From Oopsacas minuta (Eukaryota; Animalia; Porifera): a stretch of 64,000 bases of DNA. A program made the position numbers and the translations under genes. The notes under the pieces are model-generated. The model saw only the letters and a program-made list of their open reading frames with translations, did no database searches and was not told the DNA's origin. The stretch lies in assembly GCA_024704765.1 (NCBI GenBank), contig JAKMXF010000005.1, positions 62,001-126,000 of the forward strand, given 5' to 3'. Shown piece after piece: positions 50,539 to 61,889 of the stretch (within the stretch, counting starts at the first letter, position 1; the number at the start of each line of letters is the position of its first letter).

Positions 50539-51248
50539 CCCATGTGACGCGTCTGTATCTGTGTCTGTGTCTGTCGTATTTCGTATTTTGTTTAGTCTGT
50601 GTTGTAATTATCGTATAGAAATTAAATATATCTTACTTAGAATCAATTAAACAGCTTAATTGTAGAAAATTAGGGTAATAAGGAATGAATCTAACACTTA
50701 ACTGTTGAGGTTGTAGTATAAAGTTAAAGAGGGTCTTGGGAGCACGCTCCCAATAAATCCCAGTCAAATATTCATAATGTCAACATTAGTAATCTAAACT
50801 CCATGGGAACCAGGAAATGTCAACTTTCTGGGCTAATTGCAAATCAAACGTTATTTCTTGCGATGGCTTGCGCTCCTGGACCTTACAGAAAGTTTACTGC
50901 CCCCATTGACCTGCATCCAGAACTACTTGCACACCAGATTGAATTTGACCCGACAAAGTCAGAAATTTGAAAATTCTCATAGATTAGTGGATATTTTTAG
51001 AATATGACTACACACATTCGTGAATATGAAGTTTGAATAAAGATTTTGGTAGTAGATGAGCATTACTATATGCATACCATCAGTGGCATCGTGTAGCCTT
51101 ACAGTAATTACATAGTAAAAATTTTCATAGATTCATTAATATATACGCCACATATATATTTAGCCCTTGAACCAGAGCGATCATGATCTTTGCAAGTTTG
51201 AGGATGGCCTTTGAAGAGTCTAAAGGTTCAATTCATATACGTATGTAT

Positions 51249-52238
51249 TTACAATATTGATTGATTATGTGTTGTTAAATTATCTTGAAGACCAATAGAC
51301 TGATGGCTGAGGATCAAAAGATTGACTACATTGTTAGAATCAAACTTTAAGTCAACCAAATCTTTTCCGATCGAAATATTGTTTTTCATTATCCACTTTT
51401 GTAGCTCACGCCTTATACCAAACCTGATAAAAAATATTTCCTTCAAAGTATTTATTGTGATGCCAATAGGGACTTCAATCTCTACTATTCTTTCAACTTC
51501 TTCAAGGTTTTCAATTACAACTCTTAGTTTTTCCAAATCATGATTATCTCCCGTAGTTCTATTCTGAAAAACAAATTTTCTATGGGATTCGGGGAGTCCA
51601 CACAATAAATTAATACAGTATTGACCTTGAGCAATGTTACCTGTCTCGAGTGCAATTTGGAGGGGATAAGAAAGGGTAGTTAACTCTTCGGTACTTAAGG
51701 AAATAATTTCTTCCCCAATATTATCAGGTCTTAAAAATGGCAGAGGATCCACTAATGGTACATCAATTCCCTCAGATCCAGGTTCGTATTGAATAAGATC
51801 TTCGAATTTATTAGCAAAATTGGTTCCGTCATTTCTAACCAGGAAAGATATCCCCCAAATTTCATCTTTATTATTACGATCATTAAGTTGATACAAATGA
51901 TCATCCAAATTTCCAAAATATAATTTACTAGTGATTGAATATTCAAAGAACTTTACCCCAGATCGCTTTAATGAAGCAGAAACGATACTCTTGCCTTTAA
52001 CTTTATAGAGTTGTACAACGCAGTTTCGTGAATTTTCTAAATTAGTCCAAGAATTGTTTGTAGTGTCAAATTTATATAGTGAGCACTGAACGGAATAGAT
52101 GAATTCTTGAGCACGAGTGTTGAGTTGTGTTTGAGAATTTCTTGAATAAGCAACATTTCCAGCATTATTACCCATAGATTGAGGTTTATAAGAATGTATT
52201 CTGTTAGGCCCAAGAGGAACTTCGACTCTAGATGCCAT
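51249..52238 (-). CDS. SHARPIN/RBCK1-like protein: PH-superfold (EVH1-like) domain + LTM-like helix pair + ubiquitin-like domain, 329 aa
   Basis: N-terminal SLYKFD...W...WGISF...FANKF (PH/EVH1-like), then LQIALETGNIAQGQYCINLL (LTM-like). The C-terminal LRVVIEN...EVPIGITINTLKEIFFIRFGI..ELQKWIM...LLILS matches the HOIL-1/SHARPIN UBL pattern. No NZF or RBR is visible. Confidence 0.72.
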   Translation of the reverse strand: MASRVEVPLGPNRIHSYKPQSMGNNAGNVAYSRNSQTQLNTRAQEFIYSVQCSLYKFDTTNNSWTNLENSRNCVVQLYKVKGKSIVSASLKRSGVKFFEYSITSKLYFGNLDDHLYQLNDRNNKDEIWGISFLVRNDGTNFANKFEDLIQYEPGSEGIDVPLVDPLPFLRPDNIGEEIISLSTEELTTLSYPLQIALETGNIAQGQYCINLLCGLPESHRKFVFQNRTTGDNHDLEKLRVVIENLEEVERIVEIEVPIGITINTLKEIFFIRFGIRRELQKWIMKNNISIGKDLVDLKFDSNNVVNLLILSHQSIGLQDNLTTHNQSIL

Positions 52239-52344
52239 AATCTGATAATTAATGTGGTATCGAAGGAGGGTATATATTAGAATAACTAATAAATAAATGA
52301 AAACTGATAATAAACCCTATATTATGTACATTCTTAAGAATGAT

Positions 52345-52550
52345 CATACTTGCCAACCACCCAAGGATTTGAATCTGATCCAGAGAAAAAATTATTAAAT
52401 CTAGGGTAAATATTGGATATTTCTGGCTATTTTCATATAAAATATTGGAAAATCCATATTATATTTCTGTTTAAAAATAGAAATCCAGGGAAATGTAAAA
52501 ATCCAAGGATTTCGAGAAAAATATCCAGGGAAACAATTAGTAGTTAAGTA
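52345..52550. mobile_element. Diverged MITE related to the CAGACTTA family
   Basis: CATACTTGCCAACC start and internal CCAGGGAAAT/GGATTT repeats like those at 7348-7528. The right TIR is poorly matched. Confidence 0.4.
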
Positions 52551-54199
52551 TTAATTATTTTAATCAGCCTGTCAACCATTCTCGAACTACGGCACTAGGA
52601 ATCATGAGGGAAGGCATTTGCCCCCTCTTGGATCATAGATGTCCCACCTTAGATCGTGAGTGGCCCCCTTACATAGTCAAAACTCTAGTCTGCCCCACTT
52701 GCCAAATTATCTGGAAGAAACAACCTATTCAAATTTGTACTTAATTGATAATCTATTAACACAATTAAGCGGAATTTATGCGAGTGTATGTAAGGTAGAC
52801 ACTTGCATACTTGGCAACTGTCCTGTTTTTTGCTAGACGTTCCGCTCTTTTGGACAAATGTTGAGGTCCAATGAAGCTAATGTTCCGCCAAAACCAAATC
52901 CTTAATTGTCCCGCTTCTTGGTAATCCAGTCTAATACAATTATGCTACGTCTCGCGATGTTCAGCAAATATATTGTCTTCGGCACAGCACTAAATAGGGA
53001 AAATATTCATAGTCATGGAATTGCGTTTTTGAGCTTCGAATATGTTAGGATTACATACATACTATGCAATCCAAAAATATATGTGATTGAAAGTCTATAG
53101 TGAATAAACTGGCTAGTCAAAGTTTATGGACAATAATCATCAAATTCAATTTGGCTGCTTTATATTTATTTTTGTTATTTCTTCTTCCACAGCCTAAATA
53201 TAGCATTTCCTCATTCAATTGAAATATTAAATCTAATCAAATGGAGTTTCCGAAATATTTGTCCCTATCCAAAATGCAATAATGTCCAATTTGTCAATAC
53301 AATGATACATTTAAATCTCTTATATATTTAAACTCGATGTATTTTTTAATGAATGAGGAACTGGTAAGAGCTGCATAGCTGAAATTTAGCAGGTGTATGG
53401 AAGGTAATGAATCTAGTAACATGTTCCAAGATCTGAGCAATCTCAAAAACCTTCCGACATAGGTGTCAAAATGTATTGGCCTATCAGAATTGAAGGTCTA
53501 CCAATTGGGATCAGGGCGTTCGCTAGATTTGGCTAGCCCGAGGCAGGAGCGGGGAATGAATAACAACTGGGACATGTTTTTACAAGCCGACAAATACAAT
53601 TACAGAGTATAGAGGCTTAGTTCAAAATGTTTGACTTAGTATATACGTATATACTGTGGAGTCTCCTGAAACGGACACCCCGAGAAACACAATCCCTCTA
53701 ATATGGATAAATGTTTTGCTTTTCTATTCTCATCTTTAGAGATTAAGACACCAAATTTGGCATGTGTACTCGTAGTGATATCTAGTCGTACACCTGACAT
53801 TTGAAAGATTTCTGATATATATATTTTCACACTTTTTGAGACCTCTGTATTACAGACCAATCAAATTGTAGGGTTTATAATTAGGCTTAATTGCATAAAA
53901 TTAGTTCTGGTAGAGACCCGTGGAGTTCATGTCGCCATATTAGCACCGTAATGTATTTGTATTGCATGTAGATAGTAATTCTATTGGTAAATACATGTTA
54001 TTTAGTGTATATACACAATACACTTAATTACCATATAATTAATCATATTATGAGTTAATGCGATAGCATGGACTATTCATTACATACAATGGATGTCAAG
54101 TAAGTTTATTGTAGTATACAATTTTTTTTCACATCCCCATGACTATTAGTAAGTTTGTGTATTTTATTTGCATTTCCCAGACTATAATATAAACAAATC

Positions 54200-54480
54200 T
54201 ATTTTGGTTCTCTTGCATTCTTATTCCTGCCTCTAATCTAGGCCAATATATCACTGCGATGCTATTATGGGTTTTTTCTCCTGCATATATTCTTGCCAGT
54301 ATCTAGACCAACCTATCCCCGCGAGGCTACTATAGGTTTTTTCTCTTGTATTCTTATTCCTTCCTTGTAGTCTAACTCATACTATCCCTGCGAAGTGATT
54401 AAGCCTTTTTCTCCTGTATCATATCCCTCCTACTAATCTCTATCACTGTTTTCCAATACTTAACTTGCAAACTTGTTTCT
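54200..54480. repeat. Degenerate ~60-bp tandem repeat
   Basis: About 4 units, each with TTTTTCTC(T/C)TG(C/T)AT...CTA...CC(C/T)GCGA. Confidence 0.65.
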
Positions 54481-54917
54481 TGTATTCGCATTCCTTCCCG
54501 CTATCTTGACTGTCATTCCGATGTTTTTTCCCTTTTCTATGAATATTTCTCCTTTGTGGATTGTTGCTATTTGTGATTGTACTTGGGATTCCTCTCACTA
54601 TCTGATTTGGTACTGTTGTTTAGCCAGCTAAAACACTGTCTCCCTGACCTTTCTCTTATTTATTTCTCTTATTTTCTTTTGCATTTCCAGTTTGGAACTT
54701 GAAATAAGACACTTGCATCTACCCTACTGAATATTCATTACTTGGATCGAATATTGATCATTGATGACGCTTTTCTGTCTAAGGTTTTATAATGGTAAAT
54801 GGAAATTTCTCTGTTGTGCTAATGTCACTTCTCAACCCTTTCTCTAAACACTTACTATCAATTAGTCTCTTCAATCAGCTAAGTTTCGGTGTACTAGTTT
54901 TTGGGTTTACTATCATT

Positions 54918-54968
54918 GAAAATTTCGGAATACCGACAATTCGCACCTAATTTGATTGGTCAATTGAT
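54918..54968. repeat. 51-bp segment, inverted partner of 59020-59070
   Basis: CAATTCGCACCTAATTTGATTGGTCAATTGAT pairs with ATCAATTGACCAATCAAATTAGGTGCGAATTG. Confidence 0.85.
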
Positions 54969-55399
54969 TCCGAATATGATTTTTAGCATTATATAATCAA
55001 TTTTTGTTGTTATTTATGTACATAAAGTAAAGAAATTTCAAAATGTTCGTATACTTTTAACGGCTACAGAGGTAATCGAGTGTTCGAATAGCGTATCGTG
55101 AATATTCGACTTAGAGAGTGACTTTCAAAACATACATAGGATACTTAGTAATACATAACACAAATTACTGGTTGATTAGGAGTAACCTAGGCGCCCGAAA
55201 GGTACCTATTGAGGACGCTTTGTGTCCGCAACCGCGTACCGCAAGGAAGTGTAGCTTGTATATGTTGAAAATTTGAACTATACAAGTAGTAAAGTATGGA
55301 TTGCACAATCTGTGATCAAAGAATTTATCCATACATTTGGAATAATACAAATAAAATCATTCCGGATTTATCATAATACAATTTGAAGCTGTTCTTCTA

Positions 55400-56360
55400 T
55401 GGAAAATCTTTCTTATATTTCCCCACATTGAGCTGGCCTAACTCTTCGTCATGTGTGTAGGCAGATTGCAGTCCTACAGACTGCACATGTCGTCAGATAT
55501 TCTGTGTGAGGTGGAAGAAGCAGCACTTCACTACTGTGTTGGGCTAGACATGCTCAAAGCTGGTAATTGCGCCCTTCTCAAAGTCCAGGAGCATCTGTTG
55601 AGGCTGGGCAAGTGGACACAGTAGGCGGATCTGTTCCCACATCCTCAGGTAGGCAGCCTCCGTCTTGTTGGGCAGTAGCACGAACAGGCTCGGTAACAAA
55701 TGATCAGTCTTCATAGGATCATCTCCGCCACGGAGTACATGCACCACATACACCTGGGCGAAGAGTGGAGGTGCCGTCTTGAAGGTGCCATCAGCTAGCC
55801 AGATCTTGCTTCGCTGCAGCATCCCGAGGTTGTGTTGTGTCGCGAAGATGAAGAATCTGTGTACATCGTCTGCACCAGAGTCGTAGAGTAAGAACTGTTC
55901 TCCCTTGGCTGTCTGCTGGTAGACTGCTGGTAGAGCTAGCGCTGCTAGAGTGGTAAGCTGTGCTGGGGCTGCAAGTAAACTAGCACGTTGGCGTTGTATC
56001 ATCCGCTTCAGGCTGTCCAGTTTGGGGAGTTTAGCAGCAGTACCCTCTGATGCAGTTTGCAAACTCTCGCTCACTATGTGGTGTGTGCTATCCTGGGACT
56101 CCCGTGCTTTCCTCTACATGCCTGCCTTCGCTTCACAACAACCCGCTGCCTGCTCGTCAGGCCCATGGGAGTGCTCATTCGTGCGCTTGACTATCACCAT
56201 CCCTTTGGTAAGAACTCTAGCTTTGCAGACTCCTCTTTGCTCACACAACCAATGCGTCACATCTCCAACTCTCCTCTGCACTCCAATAAATATTCATTCT
56301 CCGACAGCTTATCTCCGCCACTTTGTAACTTGATCGGCCTAAAAGTCGGCTGATCAAGAG
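55400..56360 (-). mobile_element. MULE transposase remnant with a FLYWCH-like N-terminus
   Basis: EHSHGP, LPKLDSLKRMIQRQR, FLLYDSG, WLADGTFKTAPPLFAQVY, LLPNKTE..Y, LLDFEKGA and CCFFHLTQN. In-frame stops present. Confidence 0.9.
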
Positions 56361-56666
56361 GTTCCGCCATAAGGATTATTAGATTTCAAAGACACAAGTA
56401 ATAAGTAATATTGAGAAAACGAATCTGAGTTAGAACTAGATCATTTCTATTTATGTCCGAGGATTGCAAATATCACAGGTGATCACATCCTGTTTACTAC
56501 ATTCCTCTTTACCAAGTATAGCCCTAAGAGTATTTACTTCGTGTGTATTTACTTAATACTTACTGTCGCAATCTTTAGAATTAATATCATTAAATGGATT
56601 CATGGAATCATGTCATCTAAAATTCGAATTATCTATCCAATTAAGATTTTCCGTGTGTAGGTATAA

Positions 56667-58960
56667 CACTGCCCTGCGTCAAATTTGCTGATTATTATCC
56701 ATGGGTTGTTTTTAGTTAACTTGAGTATGCTGATTCTCAATCTGTCATCAGAATTCCCCTATCACGTCTCGTTTTTACTCAAATGTCATTTTAATGTAAG
56801 TCGATTTTTTTAAGTACACTTCCCTAGAATAAATGATTATATTTGATACATGTGTGAATTTTTGTCTTTTGAAATAAACAGATGCGTGCTTTATTGCATT
56901 TTCTAATTAGTCCCTTTAACTCCATTCTTTTCTTCATAATTTTTTAATTTTTATTTTTGTTATATACAGCTTTATTGTACTATAGTCTACTATTTTGATA
57001 TTTTATTATCATATGGCTTATCGGAGAAGGTGCAGTAATGATCCAGACGTCTTTTGTTATATTTGTGGGAGTTTTATTACTTCTAAACAAACTACGGCAA
57101 TAACAGGATTTGTTAAAAAAGCATATTTAGAATATTTTGGAATGAGATTAGGTGATCAAGACAAAACATGGGCTCCACATACAGTGTGCCGATCTTGTGT
57201 AGAAAATTTGAGACAATGGACAAAAGGAATCAGAAAGAGTTTAAGTTTTGGAATTCCAATGATATGGAGAGAGCCACAAAATCACATTAGCGATTGTTAC
57301 TTTTGTATGGCGAATATTTCCGGATTCAATGCTAAAACCAAGTCATTGATCAAGTATCCAAATTTACATTCAGCAATACGACCCGTTCCCCATTCTATTG
57401 ATGTACCTGTTCCAAAATTTACTAATTTGGATGTTATCTCGGAAATTGATGATTGTGAAACTAGAGATTCATTAATTAGAGAAGATGAGGATTTTATTCC
57501 GTGTGTATTATCTCGTTCTAATTCTTCACAGTTATTTAATCAGTCTGAATTAAATGATTTGGTACGTGATTTAGATTTACCTAAAGAATCTGCGGAGTTG
57601 TTAGGTTCTAGGCTAAAAGAAAAAAACTTGCTTCTCCCAGAAACAAAATTTTACTCATATAGGAACAGAGAGATCGAATTTTTGAAATATTTCATAATGG
57701 AAGACGGATTTGTGTTTTGTCATGATGTTTCACCGCTAGTTAATGCTCTTGGATGTCCGTATGTACCTAATGATTGGAGACTCTTTATTGATAGTTCAAA
57801 ACAAAGTTTGAAATGTGTTCTACTTCATAATGGCAACAAATTTAGTTCCATACCAATTGGACATTCAGTAAGTTTAAAGGAACGATATGATAACATGAAA
57901 ATTGTGCTTCATAAAATTAATTATCACCAGCACAATTGGGTAATCTGTGGTGACTTAAAGATCATATGCATTCTTTTGGGAAAGCAATCAGGATATACAA
58001 AATACCCTTGTTTTTTATGCTTATGGGACAGTCGTGCAAAGAGCTAACACTATTCTAGACAGAGCTGGCCAGCTAGAACCAATCTTAATGTTGGAGATAA
58101 GAACATTATTCACGAGCCTCTAGGGGATCCTCTCAAGATTTTGCTTCCACCACTTCATATAAAATTAGGATTGATGAAACAGTTTGTAAGGGCATTAGAT
58201 AAAGAAGGAAATTGTTTCAAATATATTACCGAGAAATTTTACTACCTAAGTGATGAAAAAAGAAAAGCCGGTATATTCGACGGTCCTCAGATAAGACAAC
58301 TTGTTCGAGATGATAATTTTCAAATTCTATGATATGCAAAGAAAAATGTGCATGGAATGCATTTGTAGATGTCATGAAAAACTTCTTGGGAAATACGAAA
58401 TCTCCTAATTATAAAATACTTGTGAATGAGTTGATTGAATCTTACAAGAATCTCGGCTGCAATATGAGTGTAAAAGTTCACTTTCTTCACAGTCATATTG
58501 ACTATTTTCCAGAGAATCTTGGAGCTGTTTCCGAGGAGCAAGGTGAACGATTCCACCAAGACATAAAAACAATGGAAACACGATATCAGGGGAGGTGGGA
58601 CGTTCATATGATGGCTGATTACTGCTGGTGCCTCAAGAGAGATTGTATTGATGTTATTCATGCTAGAATGTCAAAAAAACGGAAATTTACTCCTGATTCA
58701 GACTAATATATTCAAATTATTTATTAACTAAGATTATATTATCAATAAAAATTTATAAATGGCAGATTTTCACTATTTTACTTGTAGAGGTATCATGCAT
58801 TCATCGATAAATATACCAATATTTAAAAATAATTTTGCAAAAAAACTAGACGTGATACGTATATTTTACAAAATTATTCAAAATCAGTATTAAAATGTGG
58901 ATTAGAAAATGTTTTGCAATAACAATCAGCAAATAAAATTTTTTTTTCCGCAGGGCTGTG
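56667..58960 (+). mobile_element. Complete Chapaev3 element with a nearly intact transposase
   Basis: CACTGCCCTGCG and CGCAGGGCTGTG TIRs with a 3-bp TAA TSD on both sides. ORF ~57012-58706 has FCYICG, GDQDKTWAPH, WREP.NH..DCYFC, GDLKIICILLG.QSGYTKYPCFLCLW, PPLHIKLGLMKQFV and SEEQGERFHQDI. One stop (58045) and one frameshift (~58330). Confidence 0.95.
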
Positions 58961-59628
58961 TAATTATTAGAAAATTGATTATTTACGTGTCTTAGATTAA
59001 ATTAATTAACTAATATCATATCAATTGACCAATCAAATTAGGTGCGAATTGCCGGTATCCGGAAAATTTCACCTCATGCTAGCCGCTTGGCTCGCTCGCG
59101 CTACGCGGTTGCGAATACTGTATTTGCTTGTAACTCGCCACATTGAGTTTGGAATTTTCTTTATCGTGGCATCAATCATTCATATATAAGTAATTGAATT
59201 AAATTCTGATTCAGGGCACATGAATACCCATGTAAAGCTGTTAAAAACAAGTCTCTACGTGTATTAAAGATTTCAACCATTTGTTTACTATATATTCATA
59301 AATATAACAAGTTTATTTATGATTAAATTATAGTCAAAATCTCAAATCGTCTGTGTCGGCCTAGATTTTACTAAATTTACTTTAGTTGATTTTATAAATC
59401 TATTTTGTTCTACTAAATGTCCATTTTAGCAAAGAAAGATAATTTTGAATTTTACTAATATTTTAGACATTAAAATATGTGAAAATATAATTCTACGTTC
59501 TGTTTCCCCATATTTACCAAGTATAAGCTGTCCTGTAAGATAATTTTGATATGTTCACCAAAATGTATGAGAATATGATTAATAATTTGATAAATCAGTG
59601 TGTATATATTTAATAGAATGTATTAACC

Positions 59629-59982
59629 CAGCTGTCTCAAACTGCTGGCCCGCGGGCCGGATGCGGCCCGCAAACTCACTTTTTTTGGCCCGCGAAGCCT
59701 TGATGTATCTGGAGCAATATATGTGCACTTTGGATCACTTTAATTATCTTTTAAATCTACCATGTATTCCATTCGTGATTGCCTTTATGTTTTTCCATTT
59801 ATTTCAGATCCACCCTAAAATATATATTTCATATGACATTATAGAATGTTTGTGTCATTTATGCATTAATATAGTTTTGTTTCATTTCAGAAAAATGAAC
59901 CGATTGTGCGAGATTATACTAGTTTTAAGGCCTCAATTACACAATAAGTGAAATGTGAGTATTCTTATTCATAGTTATGTAA
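59629..59982 (+). mobile_element. Terminal fragment of a hAT (Charlie/Buster-type) non-autonomous element
   Basis: CAGCTGTCTCAAACT...GGCCCGCGGGCCGGATGCGGCCCGC is a typical hAT terminal motif. The other end was not found. Confidence 0.6.
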
Positions 59983-61188
59983 CACTGGGCAACATCAAAT
60001 CTATTCCTCAAATGAAAATATATTACCTAGACTAGCTTTGGGATGCTGATTCCAAATCTGAAATCAGAATTGGTCTATCACGTCAGGATTTCAAGATATG
60101 AAAATTCACGAAATTCGGATATTGCATTGATTGGCACTATATTATAAGGTACTATACAGTACAAGTTAGGCCTATTGTACAATTTTCTTTTCCAGCGAAT
60201 TGTTGGTCAACAATGCATATTATGTACGGTTAATATTAACATTATTTTGTAAATGTAATGTTCTATCTTTTGACAATTAATGCATTCTTGAGTGTTCTTA
60301 GCCATGGCTATAAGGAGGGGTTATTTAGCCTACTTGCGGGTGGATTGTAGACTGTATCGATAAACTAACAACATTACTGTTTTGCAGAATTTTTAGTTTG
60401 TAACTGATTGTGTATTTAAGCTTTTTGTTTACAATGAATACGAGCAGAAGACAATGCACGAACCACCCGGATAACTTCTACTATATTTGCGGAAAATTTA
60501 CGCCGAAGCCCCAACGAAGAAATATTGCCAATCGTGTCAAGATTGGCTACAAGTATTACTTTGGCTGCAAAGTTGGTGACCAAGACAAGAACTGGGCACC
60601 TCACATCTGCTGTACCGTCTGCTATGCCAGTCTAATCCAATGGCTTAATGGAAAGAAGAAATCCATGCCATTTGCGGTACCTATGATTTGGCGAGAACCT
60701 AAAAACCATACGTCGAATTGTTATTTTGCACAACAAATATTGCTGGATTTTCGACCTCTATACCGTGATGGAATCGCGGTATAGAGGTCGATTTAACCCA
60801 AACATGATGGGGGACTACTGCTGGTTTCTCCAGCGTGAAACTGACACTGAACATGCTCGAAAGAGCGAGTGTATAAAGCACTTTTGAGAGGATACAATGT
60901 TATTTTTGTCTGATTTAATCATCCTGGGTTGTGTTAAATTGTGCAAAATGATAATTCTGTTATTTTTACTAGCAATCATTGTGTTTATTACATGTAATGT
61001 TTTGTTCTGCACAGCCAAAATTAGCCAAAATGACAATTACGGGTTGTTGTGTGCATATGTCATATCTCAAAAACGTGACGTGTTAGAAAAAATCTAAGGC
61101 CAGATTTGGATTCAGCATGGCCATATTAGTCTAGGTAAACTTGAAACGAGCAAGGAATAAAAAATAAGTTGTAAAATGTTGTCCAGTG
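59983..61188 (+). mobile_element. Internally deleted Chapaev3 derivative
   Basis: CACTGGGCAACAT and ATGTTGTCCAGTG TIRs with TAA TSD. The N-terminal GDQDKNWAPHICC...WREPKNH..CYF is joined directly to the C-terminal MESRYRGRF..NMMGDYCWFL. Confidence 0.92.
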
Positions 61189-61889
61189 TAATCATTTCTA
61201 TTCGTACTATATAGTGATTATAAATTCAAAATATAATTGCTCAATATTCCGTTGTGTCTGGTTATGACAGGAAATATAATGACGAAATGCTAGATTCCTA
61301 TTACCAAGGTAATTTCAATTGGCTAACTCTAGAAAATTAATCACACATGTTGTAATTGAATTAATGCCTATATTTGATTCTAGACAAATTAAGGAGCACC
61401 TGGTAGCAGAATCTAATCAATTCGTCAACTATTGATGATATAATTCATGATTACATATAAAATTCCAAAATAACAAAACAAATATTCGATACTTTGGAAT
61501 TATACTGCATATTTCTCAAAGAATAATTTTGTAATCCAATAATTAGAGCTTAGGATATCATGGCCATATATGCACTTTATAAACAACCACTAATAAGATC
61601 CAATAACATATCACTTTTTTCCAGTATTCACACATACATTGTCAGTTGGGCTATCTGAAGAAATTTGGGGTAAATTCATTAAATTTTCGAAATGTTTCAT
61701 AGTGATTCCTGGGATTTAGTTAAGTATTGCAGACTATTATTGCATATAAAAGTTTAAAATACTAGGTTTCGACATTGCATACTCTTCAGTATTTCGGTTC
61801 AGAAATAGATCTAGACAAATATAATTACAAAGAACAACACAATAAATATAACATACAAAACACAATCTATATTATTATGAACATTCGAT

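Noticed and set aside
50700-51248. Downstream NZF/RBR exons of the SHARPIN-like gene
   Set aside because: No W-x-C-xx-C or RING pattern appears in the minus-strand frames examined, and the frames contain stops.
55188-55250. GAAA-capped hairpin considered as a self-cleaving ribozyme
   Set aside because: No hammerhead CUGANGA core or HDV-like nested pseudoknot could be built. It is more likely a repeat-terminal hairpin.
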